29,485 nucleotides of DNA from Campylobacterota bacterium (GTDB taxonomy: Bacteria > Campylobacterota > Campylobacteria > Campylobacterales > Sulfurovaceae): contig JAYEOM010000134.1 of assembly GCA_034722955.1 (NCBI GenBank), positions 1-29,485 of the forward strand, in the 5' to 3' direction. A model generated the notes under the pieces. That model saw nothing but the letters and a program-made list of their open reading frames with translations, had not been told where the DNA came from and did no database searches. Each line of letters starts with the position of its first letter. The first letter of the stretch is position 1. Of the stretch, positions 1 to 17,048 are shown one piece after another. The translations under genes were made by a program, and so were the position numbers.

Positions 1-57
1 CCTGGAACGTCTGTGTAGTTTACTCTACCGAGGGTTCGAATCCCTTCCTCTCAGCCA
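1..57 (+). tRNA. tRNA-Ser(GGA), 3' portion (5' end outside window)
   Basis: Anticodon loop CTGGAAC, long variable arm (GTAG-TTTACT-CTAC), T-arm GAGGG-TTCGAAT-CCCTT, discriminator G and encoded CCA ending at 57. Confidence 0.9.
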
Positions 58-191
58 GAAGATCCCCATTTTTGATACTTTCAAAGCAAAAAACAACCTA
101 AGCCCCATAAACAAACTTAGACACCAGTTTTTCGACATGCGGGCAAACAAGATGACGCTTATCTTATAATCGGCATTTAGCTATATTCCAA

Positions 192-217
192 CTGGTTCCA
201 CCTCTCTAAGGTGGAAC
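192..217. repeat. REP-like hairpin, copy A1
   Basis: GTTCCACC-tctctaa-GGTGGAAC inverted repeat; shares 15 identical nt (CTGGTTCCACCTCTC) with 1263-1277. Confidence 0.7.
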
Positions 218-265
218 AAGAAAAGGTTTTGCCGAAGAAAGTACAAGTACAAGCTCAAAGAAAGT

Positions 266-296
266 GTATGCACAAGGAAGTAGCTTGGTGCACCGG
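266..296. repeat. Degenerate REP-like hairpin
   Basis: GTA-TGCAC-AAG...CTT-G-GTGCA imperfect palindrome; its reverse complement starts CCGGT and ends CATAC, resembling the 1263 copy (CTGGT...CATAG). Confidence 0.4.
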
Positions 297-347
297 TAGA
301 AGAGTTACCATTGTCACCTGCTCCCTAATCTCCATAGCTATATTAAC

Positions 348-389
348 TTGATCAATGTTAAGAATTTCTCTCTTTTTATCCGTTATGAT
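348..389 (+). promoter_or_regulatory. Crp/Fnr-family box (TTGAT-N4-GTTAA) plus -10 TATGAT; class II activated promoter candidate
   Basis: TTGATCAATGTTAA at 348-361 and TATGAT at 384-389; the box centre (354.5) is -41.5 from an inferred +1 at 396. Confidence 0.6.
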
Positions 390-423
390 ATGGCTCAATT
401 TTAGCTAAAAGGAGAGGCTCAAT

Positions 424-1254
424 ATGAAAAGAGTTTTATCGGTAGTGGCACTGAGTGCCTGTTTGACATTGGGAGTACATGCAGAAGCAGCGAAAGCAGA
501 TGCACCAAGTGCACAAGATCAAGGAAAACAACAGAGTGGTAATGTTATCAACCTTGCCGGCAAGCAGAGAATGCTGACTCAAAAGATGAGTAAAGAGGCA
601 CTTTTTGTAGCCAAGGGTATCGATGCAGATGCCAACAAAGCCAATCTGGCCAAAACAGTCGCACTGTTTGACAAGACACTCAACGGTCTCATAAATGGTG
701 ATGAGAGCCTTGATCTCCCAAAGACAACAAATTCGGAGATAGTTGGACAGCTCAACAAAGTCAAGGATCTATGGGGGCCATTTAAGGCAAGCATCGAAAA
801 GGGTGATCTCGAAGCGATCAGCAAGCAGAATATTCCTCTACTCAAAAATATGAATGCTGCAGTGCAGATGTATGCCAAAGCAAGTGGTTCAAAGCTCGAC
901 CCTGAGATGGCTCAAACGATAAATGTTGCGGGGAGACAGCGCATGTTGACTCAAAAGATGACAAAAGAGCTCCTTTTGGCAGCAAATGGTATCGATGCAG
1001 ATGCAAACAAAGCAAACGCCAAGAAGACATTGAAACTCTTCGAAACTACACTCGTAGACCTCACGGCAAAAGCAAAAGATGCAAAGATCAAAGATCAGTT
1101 GGGTGCTATCAAGGGTATCATGGTTGAGTATCAGCCCATTATAGAGGGTGGCGACACTTCAGGCGCATCTCTCAAAAAAGCGGAAGCTCTCAATATAAAG
1201 CTGCTCAAAGAGTCAAACAATGCAGTCACAATGTATAAGGCTTCTATCAAGTAG
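424..1254 (+). CDS. Secreted protein with two tandem PilJ/NarX-like (P-box) sensor domains and no signalling domain
   Basis: Signal peptide MKRVLSVVALSACLTLGVHA; two INxAGxQRMLTQKM motifs 124 aa apart; internal DNA duplication (571-642 vs 943-1014); RBS AAGGAG. Confidence 0.85.
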   Translation: MKRVLSVVALSACLTLGVHAEAAKADAPSAQDQGKQQSGNVINLAGKQRMLTQKMSKEALFVAKGIDADANKANLAKTVALFDKTLNGLINGDESLDLPKTTNSEIVGQLNKVKDLWGPFKASIEKGDLEAISKQNIPLLKNMNAAVQMYAKASGSKLDPEMAQTINVAGRQRMLTQKMTKELLLAANGIDADANKANAKKTLKLFETTLVDLTAKAKDAKIKDQLGAIKGIMVEYQPIIEGGDTSGASLKKAEALNIKLLKESNNAVTMYKASIK

Positions 1255-1262
1255 TGTATTAC

Positions 1263-1295
1263 CTGGTTCCACCTCTCCCGAGGTGTAACCCATAG
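1263..1295. repeat. REP-like hairpin, copy A2 (may double as terminator or mRNA stabiliser)
   Basis: GGTTCCACCTC-tccc-GAGGTGTAACC stem (10 of 11 pairs) followed by CATAG; lies just upstream of a RAYT gene. Confidence 0.7.
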
Positions 1296-1368
1296 GCACT
1301 CACAACCAAAACCACGCTTCCTGCAATCAAAAGAATCTGCTAAAATAATAAAAAAAGAGAAACTATCA

Positions 1369-1881
1369 ACGGGAAGAAGTCGCTATAAAATATATGAACC
1401 GACATATCCGCATTTTGTCACTTGCACCATACTCCATTGGCTGCCGATATTTACAAGAAAAGAGAGTGTCGATATAGTCATACAGAGTTTAAAATTTCTA
1501 CAAAAACAAGACAACCTCAAACTACACGCTTTTGTCATATTGGAAAATCACCTGCATACGGTGTTGCGTAGTGATGATTTGCAAAAAAGTATGGAGTCGT
1601 TCAAAAAGTTTACAGCCAGAGAAATACTGCAGCTACTCAAAAGAGAGAATACTGTAACTATACTCGATCAGCTGGCTTTTTATAAAAAAGCCCATAGAAA
1701 AGAGAAGAGTTACCAGGTATGGGAAGAGGGGTATCAGCCAAAACTGATGCAGACAGAAGCTATACTGCAGAACAAGGTTAACTATATTCATCAAAATCCT
1801 GTCAAAAGAGGCTATGTCGATGAGACCGTGCAATGGAGGTATTCCAGTGCACGCGATTATGAGGGTATTGACGGGGCATAG
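1369..1881 (+). mobile_element. REP-associated tyrosine (Y1/HUH, IS200-like) transposase; start codon is ACG and the extreme C-terminus appears clipped
   Basis: The frame is open 57 codons upstream of the listed ORF: ACG-GRSRYKIYEPTYPHFVTCTILHWLPIFTR; HUH motif ENHLH, VWEEGY, catalytic YIHQNPVKRG, WRYSSA. Confidence 0.88.
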
Positions 1882-2031
1882 GGGTCAGGTGATGCTAATG
1901 CTACTATAAGTTATCTTCTGATATTCTCTGTAAAATAAAAGAATAAAGAAAAGGGTCAGATATCAAATCTTAAATGCTCTATATTACCAAATATACCCAT
2001 AAAAAGATAGATGAATTGGAGGAGTTGTAAA

Positions 2032-2127
2032 GTGAACATAGAAGCGATAGCACTTGCGGTAGCCTTAGATGTGGCACTTTTTTCTATTATTTATAGCACT
2101 TATGAGATTATGCAAGACCATAAATAA
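2032..2127 (+). CDS. 31-aa hydrophobic peptide (MNIEAIALAVALDVALFSIIYSTYEIMQDHK)
   Basis: GTG start with GGAGG upstream; one hydrophobic segment; starts 1 nt after the stop of an orphan ORF tail (...YITKYTHKKIDELEEL*). Confidence 0.5.
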   Translation: MNIEAIALAVALDVALFSIIYSTYEIMQDHK

Positions 2128-2175
2128 GAACCAAGATAAAAACCTGATGTCGTCTAAAAACAACAAATGCTAGAG

Positions 2176-2204
2176 TTGACTTTGTAACTAAAATATGATA
2201 CTAT
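2176..2204 (+). promoter_or_regulatory. sigma70 promoter of hicAB, likely leaderless transcript
   Basis: TTGACT-17 nt-TACTAT with extended TG; ATG 5 nt after the -10; no Shine-Dalgarno; imperfect palindrome GTAAC...GATAC overlaps the spacer. Confidence 0.65.
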
Positions 2205-2209
2205 AAAAA

Positions 2210-2464
2210 ATGAGTAAAAAAGAGAAGCTTTTAAGGCGATTTTTGGAATTACCTGCGAGAAAGGATTTAACTTTTCAAGAATTGGATCGCCTATTGAGTT
2301 CATGCGGTTACCGGAAAATCGAAGGTAGTGGCTCTGCTGTAAAGTTTTATCATCAGAAAAACGATAGTTTGATTAATCTGCACAAACCACACCCAGGAAA
2401 TATTTTAAAAGTCTACCTTGTCAAACAGATACAGATAAAACTAAAGGAGGTTTGTGATGGCTAA
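2210..2464 (+). CDS. hicA: HicA-family mRNA interferase toxin
   Basis: 84 aa, basic; G-S-G-S turn, LHKPHP motif and LKVYLVKQI tail; overlaps the downstream hicB. Confidence 0.9.
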   Translation: MSKKEKLLRRFLELPARKDLTFQELDRLLSSCGYRKIEGSGSAVKFYHQKNDSLINLHKPHPGNILKVYLVKQIQIKLKEVCDG

Positions 2465-2783
2465 TACACTAGAATATGGCGGCTATATCGGCTCTTTGGA
2501 ATATTCTCCCGAAGATAAGGTTTTTTATGGGAAGTTGGAGATGATCGATGACCTGGTAACATTTGAGGCTGATAATGCTTCGGAGTTGGAAGAAAATTTT
2601 CATACAGCCGTTAATGAGTATATTGATACTTGTAGAGAATTGGGACGCTCTCCTCAGAAGACATATAAGGGCATATTTAATGTGAGAGTTAATCCTGAAT
2701 TGGAAGAAAAGGTGTCAGGTGATCGTAATCGTATCGTAACCAAATCTTCTTTGCTATATTTAACTTGCCGGCAAAAAAAGTAG
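2457..2783 (+). CDS. hicB: HicB antitoxin, C-terminal RHH DNA-binding domain replaced by unrelated sequence after ~2702
   Basis: LEYGGYIGSLEYS...FYGKL...VTFEA...YIDTC...KTYKGIFNVRVNPEL; similarity stops after the RHH beta-strand, just before GGTGTCAGGT at 2711; RBS AAGGAGG. Confidence 0.85.
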   Translation: MANTLEYGGYIGSLEYSPEDKVFYGKLEMIDDLVTFEADNASELEENFHTAVNEYIDTCRELGRSPQKTYKGIFNVRVNPELEEKVSGDRNRIVTKSSLLYLTCRQKK

Positions 2784-2841
2784 GAGGCTAAGTGCATTGG
2801 CACTATCAGATTCACCTGCCGACTGGAACTCTTTGAGATAA

Positions 2842-3132
2842 GGCTACCCCAAGGAGATAAACACACAAATAGAAGCCACCAAGAGGGTAAGATTTGCAAA
2901 ATATAATTCGTAGGACTAGCCATAGCTAATTGGAGAATTATATTTTGTGAAGATTGCCCTCTTGGTGACTTCCCTACGGGCTTTATGAGGTTTCCCATAT
3001 ACGGCGTTAATCGTTTTTGCACCCCAAGGGCATTTCCTACGGGCAATTAGCTAAGGCTAGTACTTCAAACGATTGCCTTGTCTATGAAAAACCTCATAAA
3101 GCTATTTGTGTGTTTATCTCCTTGGGGTAGCC
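2842..3132. mobile_element. MITE/BIME-like composite: two inverted ~80-bp units, 31-bp perfect terminal inverted repeats, TAA target duplication
   Basis: GGCTACCCCAAGGAGATAAACACACAAATAG at 2842-2872 and its reverse complement at 3102-3132; TAA at 2839-2841 and 3133-3135. Confidence 0.85.
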
Positions 3133-3210
3133 TAATGAGAGTATAGGGGAAAAGTGCGAAATAAGGATGCCTGCCTTGCTCCGTCTGGTTTTAAATTTGT
3201 TCATTGGCTG

Positions 3211-3330
3211 TTATTTACTCTTTTGTACAAAGAAATAGATCAGTACCAGGAGACCAATGACGGGCACGAATGCGATTAGCATCAACAATCCTCTTTTTCC
3301 AATATCATGAAGCCTTCGCGCACCAAGGCT
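3211..3330 (-). pseudogene. C-terminal fragment of a DUF805 (YhaH-like) membrane protein
   Basis: SLGARRLHDIGKRGLLMLIAFVPVIGLLVLIYFFVQKSK*; RRLHD motif; in-frame stop 14 codons upstream and no start. Confidence 0.75.
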
Positions 3331-3473
3331 GTACTGAAAAATAAAGTGTTCTACAGGCGTATCTGACCACTACCATAGATCTTAAATTTATAAGTGGTAA
3401 AATTTCGGTGATGAAAATAAACTTTAAGAAAAAAATAGCCACAACACCAAACCCTAAAACAAGGAGCAACTAA

Positions 3474-3565
3474 ATGGCAAGAAAGACCAAGGCTATATAT
3501 GGCAGGTTTTCACCATATAGTGGACAGAGGAGTAGCAAGAGGCAATGTTTATAAGTGTGATGAGA
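3474..3565 (+). pseudogene. N-terminal fragment of a second RAYT/Y1 transposase, frameshifted
   Basis: RBS AAGGAG; ATG GCA AGA [extra A] AGA CCA AGG gives MAR-RPRLYMAGFHHIVDRGVARGNVYKCDE; the HHIVxRG motif is typical of Y1 transposase N-termini. Confidence 0.7.
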
Positions 3566-3594
3566 TCCAAAGTGGTCTGCCAAACACCATCACA

Positions 3595-3663
3595 TCATCT
3601 ACTCATCCTCTTCACAATCCCATTGACTATAGATTGTGCCAACCCCAATACCTTAGCAATCAT
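3595..3663 (-). pseudogene. C-terminal HTH fragment, probably from the same RAYT family, in inverted orientation
   Basis: MIAKVLGLAQSIVNGIVKRMSR* resembles a helix-turn-helix recognition segment. Confidence 0.5.
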
Positions 3664-3708
3664 ATAGTCTTCTCTTTAGGCTACCCTTAACCATATACTT
3701 TTATAACA

Positions 3709-3738
3709 TAAAACTACAGAGACGAGTGCCTATGTAGT
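3709..3738 (-). terminator. Intrinsic terminator after fusA
   Basis: Minus strand ACTACATAGGC-actc-GTCTCTGTAGT followed by a T run. Confidence 0.65.
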
Positions 3739-3759
3739 GTAGATAGGGTGGGTTAGATA

Positions 3760-5841
3760 TTAACCATTTCTCTTGACAATGATCTCTTTAGCAACATTTT
3801 GCGGAACTTCGTCATAGTGATCGAACTCCATCGCGTAAGTAGCACGACCTTGTGTCATAGATCTAAGATCTGTAGAGTAACCGAACATCTCGGAGAGAGG
3901 TACAAATGCATCTACTATCTTGTTTCCGGATCTGTCACCCATACCGCTGACTTGACCTCTTCTTTTGGAGATATCACCGATGACATCACCCATATAATCT
4001 TCAGGTACTTCAACTTCTACTTTCATCATAGGCTCTAGTATAACAGGATTAGCCTCTCTACATCCATCTCTGAATCCCATAGAACCAGCGAGTTTAAATG
4101 CCATCTCAGAGGAGTCAACATCGTGGAATGAACCATCATAAAGTGTAACTTTGACATCTTCGATAGGGTAGCCGGCTTGGATGCCTCTGCCCATCGCCTC
4201 TTTGATACCTTTATTGACAGCAGGGATGAACTCTTTTGGAATTACACCACCTTTGATAGAGTCGATAAACTCATATCCGTCACCTGGCTCTTGTGGCTCG
4301 ATCTTGAGGTATACATGACCGAACTGACCACGACCACCAGACTGCTTGGCATACTTGTACTCTTTGTCTACCGCTTTTCTGATCGTCTCACGGTAAGCAA
4401 CTTGCGGAGCACCTACTTCTGCTTCTACCTTGAACTCTCTCATCATTCTATCTACTAGGATCTCTAGGTGAAGTTCGCCCATTCCTGAGATGATAGTTTG
4501 ACCAGACTCCTCATCGCTAGATACTCTAAATGATGGATCTTCCTGAGCTAGTTTGCCTAGTGCAACACCCATCTTCTCTTGGTCAGCTTTTGTCTTTGGC
4601 TCAACTGCTACAGAGATAACCGGATCTGGGAACTCCATTCTTTCAAGTATAACTTTGTCTTTCTCGCCTGCAAGCGTATCACCGGTAAGTGTCGTCTTGA
4701 GACCAACAACTGCACCGATCTCACCAGCATAAAGTGCACCTACCTCTTCTCTCTTGATAGCATGCATCTTGAGAAGTCTACCGATACGCTCTTTTTTGCC
4801 CTTGGTTGTGTTGTATACATAAGAACCGGACTCCAGAACACCACGGTAAACACGGATAAATGTCAACTGACCGACAAATGGATCTGTCATGATCTTAAAT
4901 CCAAGAGCAGCAAACTCACCATCATCGGTAGACTCTACTGTAGTCTCGCTGCCATCTTCATACTCACCTCTGATCTCCTGAACCTCGGTAGGTGCAGGGA
5001 GATAAGAGATAACAGCATCGAGAAGAGTCTGAACACCTTTGTTTTTAAAGGCAGTACCACAAGTCATAGGGATCATAGTGATGGCAAGAGTAGCAGCTTT
5101 GATACCTGCTTTGATCTCAGCTTCAGTAAGCTCCTCACCCTCCATGAATTTCTCCATAAGAGTATCATCAGTTTCAGAGATAGCTTCGATCAACTTCTCT
5201 CTATATGCTTCAGATTTCTCAACCATATCTTCTGGGATATCTACTACTTCAAACTCTTGTCCCATTTTGCTCTGGTCGTCACCCCAAACAGTCGCTTTCA
5301 TAGTAACGAGATCGATAACACCTTGAAAATCCTCTTCGGCACCGATAGGGAGCTGAATAGGTACAGCATTTGATTTCAATCTATCATTGATCTGCCTCTC
5401 AACTTCATAGAAATCAGAACCTGTTCTATCCATCTTGTTTACAAATACCATTCTTGGAACACGATATTTATTGGCTTGTCTCCATACAGTTTCAGACTGT
5501 GGCTGAACACCACCAACTGAACAAAATACTGCTACTGCACCATCAAGAACTCTCATAGATCGCTCAACTTCGATCGTGAAGTCAACGTGACCTGGAGTAT
5601 CGATGATGTTGATCTGGTGACCTTCCCACTCACAAGTAGTCGCAGCAGAGGTAATAGTGATACCTCTCTCCTGCTCCTGCTCCATCCAGTCCATCGTTGC
5701 AGCACCATCATGTACTTCACCGATCTTATGTGATACACCAGTGTAGAAGAGGATTCTCTCAGTTGTTGTTGTCTTTCCTGCATCAATGTGAGCAGCGATA
5801 CCGATATTTCTTACTTTTTCAAGTGGATGTGTTCTTCCCAT
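3760..5841 (-). CDS. fusA: Elongation factor G
   Basis: [21 protein letters not shown] GTPase motifs; 693 aa; str operon context. Confidence 0.99.
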   Translation of the reverse strand: MGRTHPLEKVRNIGIAAHIDAGKTTTTERILFYTGVSHKIGEVHDGAATMDWMEQEQERGITITSAATTCEWEGHQINIIDTPGHVDFTIEVERSMRVLDGAVAVFCSVGGVQPQSETVWRQANKYRVPRMVFVNKMDRTGSDFYEVERQINDRLKSNAVPIQLPIGAEEDFQGVIDLVTMKATVWGDDQSKMGQEFEVVDIPEDMVEKSEAYREKLIEAISETDDTLMEKFMEGEELTEAEIKAGIKAATLAITMIPMTCGTAFKNKGVQTLLDAVISYLPAPTEVQEIRGEYEDGSETTVESTDDGEFAALGFKIMTDPFVGQLTFIRVYRGVLESGSYVYNTTKGKKERIGRLLKMHAIKREEVGALYAGEIGAVVGLKTTLTGDTLAGEKDKVILERMEFPDPVISVAVEPKTKADQEKMGVALGKLAQEDPSFRVSSDEESGQTIISGMGELHLEILVDRMMREFKVEAEVGAPQVAYRETIRKAVDKEYKYAKQSGGRGQFGHVYLKIEPQEPGDGYEFIDSIKGGVIPKEFIPAVNKGIKEAMGRGIQAGYPIEDVKVTLYDGSFHDVDSSEMAFKLAGSMGFRDGCREANPVILEPMMKVEVEVPEDYMGDVIGDISKRRGQVSGMGDRSGNKIVDAFVPLSEMFGYSTDLRSMTQGRATYAMEFDHYDEVPQNVAKEIIVKRNG

Positions 5842-5852
5842 AACTTACTCCT

Positions 5853-6338
<486 letters not shown>

Positions 6339-6436
6339 TTATAACTATATTGATTTACTCAAGTCTTGTCCCCTAAGGATAACTGACAATACCTGCATAC
6401 TCTCGACTCTACCTACTCTTTATGAAATGCTAAAGG

Positions 6437-6808
6437 CTATTTAGGCTTTTTAGCACCATATTTAGAACGAGCAACTCTTCTGTTGGCCACACCTGATGCA
6501 TCCAATGCACCACGAACGATATGATACTTAACACCTGGCAAATCTTTTACTCTACCGCCTCTTACGAGTACAATCGAGTGCTCTTGAAGGTTGTGACCCT
6601 CTCCACCAATGTATGAGATAACTTCAAATCCACTTGTCAATCTAACTTTAGCAACTTTTCTCAAAGCTGAGTTAGGTTTTTTTGGTGTTGTAGTATATAC
6701 TCTTGTACATACTCCTCTTCTTTGTGGACACTTTACGAGTGCTGGTGATTTTGATTTTTTGATCACCTTCTTACGCTCTTTGCGAATCAACTGGTTAATG
6801 GTTGGCAA
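6437..6808 (-). CDS. rpsL: 30S ribosomal protein S12 (TTG start)
   Basis: [24 protein letters not shown]. Confidence 0.99.
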   Translation of the reverse strand: MPTINQLIRKERKKVIKKSKSPALVKCPQRRGVCTRVYTTTPKKPNSALRKVAKVRLTSGFEVISYIGGEGHNLQEHSIVLVRGGRVKDLPGVKYHIVRGALDASGVANRRVARSKYGAKKPK

Positions 6809-6964
6809 ATCGTCTTCCTTTAAATTTATTTTTCATACTTTGAGTATGAGAATTGAAATCTGGGTTCTTACACCACAAAAAAAGACTTTTCCTCTGCAAG
6901 TTTGGTTCAGATATAGAGAAAAATAGTACTTTCTTGAGATGTAAAGTCAGAAAAATGGAGGCAT

Positions 6965-6970
6965 ATTATA
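6965..6970 (-). promoter_or_regulatory. -10 element (TATAAT) of a probable rpsL-rpsG-fusA promoter
   Basis: Perfect TATAAT on the minus strand ~157 nt upstream of rpsL. Confidence 0.5.
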
Positions 6971-6995
6971 GTAGAATTGGCTTTATTTAAGCTTA

Positions 6996-7074
6996 GGCTA
7001 CCCCAAGGAGATAAACACCCAAATAGCTTTATGAGGTTTTTTATAAGAGAAGGCAATCGTTTATAGGGGCAGCC
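6996..7074. mobile_element. 79-bp MITE-like element with TTA target duplication between rpoC and rpsL
   Basis: TTA-GGCTACCCC...GGGGCAGCC-TTA; near-identical over ~65 nt to the reverse complement of 3055-3132. Confidence 0.85.
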
Positions 7075-7079
7075 TTATA

Positions 7080-7100
7080 CTCCTCTCCAAGAGAGAGGAG
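7080..7100 (-). terminator. Hairpin downstream of rpoC
   Basis: CTCCTCTC-caaga-GAGAGGAG 8-bp stem, 15 nt after the rpoC stop; no clear U-tract. Confidence 0.5.
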
Positions 7101-7115
7101 ATAGAAACGAACTTC

Positions 7116-15798
<8,683 letters not shown>

Positions 15799-15967
15799 CT
15801 ACCTTATAGGGTTTGTAGTGTGGTTTGTTTTATTATATAGATACACGAAAAAACTATTGCAAAAAGCGTAAATATTAGCTCTTAATAGCTCGTCTCTGTA
15901 TCCATGGGATAGTTAGTATGTATCCAGAGATTTGAGACTCATAAGCCTCTAGTCTCTGAACCGAAAA

Positions 15968-16336
15968 TTACTTAAGTTCGCAAGAAGCTCCAGCCTCTTC
16001 AATCTGCTTTTTGAAATCTTCTGCTTCATCTTTAGAGACACCCTCTTTAAGTACTGATGGTACCTCCTCAACTGCTGTCTTAGCCTCTTTGAGACCAAGA
16101 CCAGTGATTGCTCTTACTACTTTGATCGCATTGATCTTCTTAGCACCTGCATCTGTCAATACTACTGTAAATTCAGTCTGCTCTTCAACGGCTTCTGCTG
16201 CTTCACCACCACCAGCTACTACTGTAGCTTGGGCAGATACGCCAAATTTTTCTTCAAATTCTTTTACAAGCTCAGATAGCTCAAGAACAGACATGTTAGA
16301 GATAAATTCAATTACATCTTCTTTAGTTGTTGCCAT
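15968..16336 (-). CDS. rplL: 50S ribosomal protein L7/L12
   Basis: [22 protein letters not shown]. Confidence 0.99.
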   Translation of the reverse strand: MATTKEDVIEFISNMSVLELSELVKEFEEKFGVSAQATVVAGGGEAAEAVEEQTEFTVVLTDAGAKKINAIKVVRAITGLGLKEAKTAVEEVPSVLKEGVSKDEAEDFKKQIEEAGASCELK

Positions 16337-16433
16337 TTTATTTCCTTAATTATTTATATTTAAACAAGGGTACCCACAAGAGGTACCACTACTACACGCA
16401 TACCGCAGAGGTAATCCCTCATGGTTGCCCTAC

Positions 16434-16919
16434 CTACGCTTCCTCTTCTCTCTTCGTAGCTAGTGCTGAAAGACCGATAGTAAAGTTCTGTACCGGAGCA
16501 TTCCAAACATTGAGTAGCATACCGAGAAGCTCTTCTCTGCCAGGAAGTTTCGCCATTGCATTGATCGTAGCCAACTCAACAACTTTTCCTTCGAGAAGAC
16601 CTGTTTTGATTGTAAAGTTATCTTGATTGTCAGCCGCAGCTGTATCAGCAACTTTACAAGTAGCGATTTGATCATCTCCCCAGATGACTAAGTTAGTATC
16701 TGAAAATGTCACTGCCTCTTGACCGGCATTTTTCAATGCTATAGCTGCCAATGTATTTTTGACAACTTTTACTCCTGCATCACTCTCGCGTGCATTGACT
16801 CTTACTGCTTCTAACTCAGCAACTGTCATACCTTTGTAATCACAAACGATAATAGCTGCAGTATCTGTAAATGACTCAGTCATCTGTGCAACGAGTTCAA
16901 CTTTTTCTGTTCTTGTCAT
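16434..16919 (-). CDS. rplJ: 50S ribosomal protein L10
   Basis: DYKGMTV, VVKNTLA, AKLPGREELL. Confidence 0.98.
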   Translation of the reverse strand: MTRTEKVELVAQMTESFTDTAAIIVCDYKGMTVAELEAVRVNARESDAGVKVVKNTLAAIALKNAGQEAVTFSDTNLVIWGDDQIATCKVADTAAADNQDNFTIKTGLLEGKVVELATINAMAKLPGREELLGMLLNVWNAPVQNFTIGLSALATKREEEA

Positions 16920-16924
16920 ATTTT

Positions 16925-17025
16925 CTCCTTCCGACTTCTAACCGGGCTGCTGTTATATTATCATAACAACTATCGTCTATAGACGAATTTTGTTTAAGCT
17001 TTCGCCCCTATTATCTTTAGCCTAA
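16925..17025 (-). promoter_or_regulatory. Probable L10 leader (autoregulatory RNA)
   Basis: Structured rplA-rplJ intergenic (AAAGAT...GG...CTTAA) at the known position of L10 leaders; not model-verified. Confidence 0.45.
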
Positions 17026-17048
17026 GATTGATGAATCTTATGATTCTT

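Noticed and set aside
2654..3046. 130-aa minus-strand ORF
   Set aside because: Runs through the MITE repeats and antisense to hicB; no protein-family signal
2839..3135. CRISPR array or integron attC array
   Set aside because: The repeats are inverted and modular rather than regularly spaced direct repeats; no cas or intI genes
1..3700. Integrase-type genomic island or prophage at tRNA-Ser
   Set aside because: No integrase or phage genes, and no duplicated tRNA 3' end (att site) noticed in the window
6437..6808. Streptomycin-resistance substitutions in S12
   Set aside because: PKKPNS and RVKDLP are the wild-type motifs
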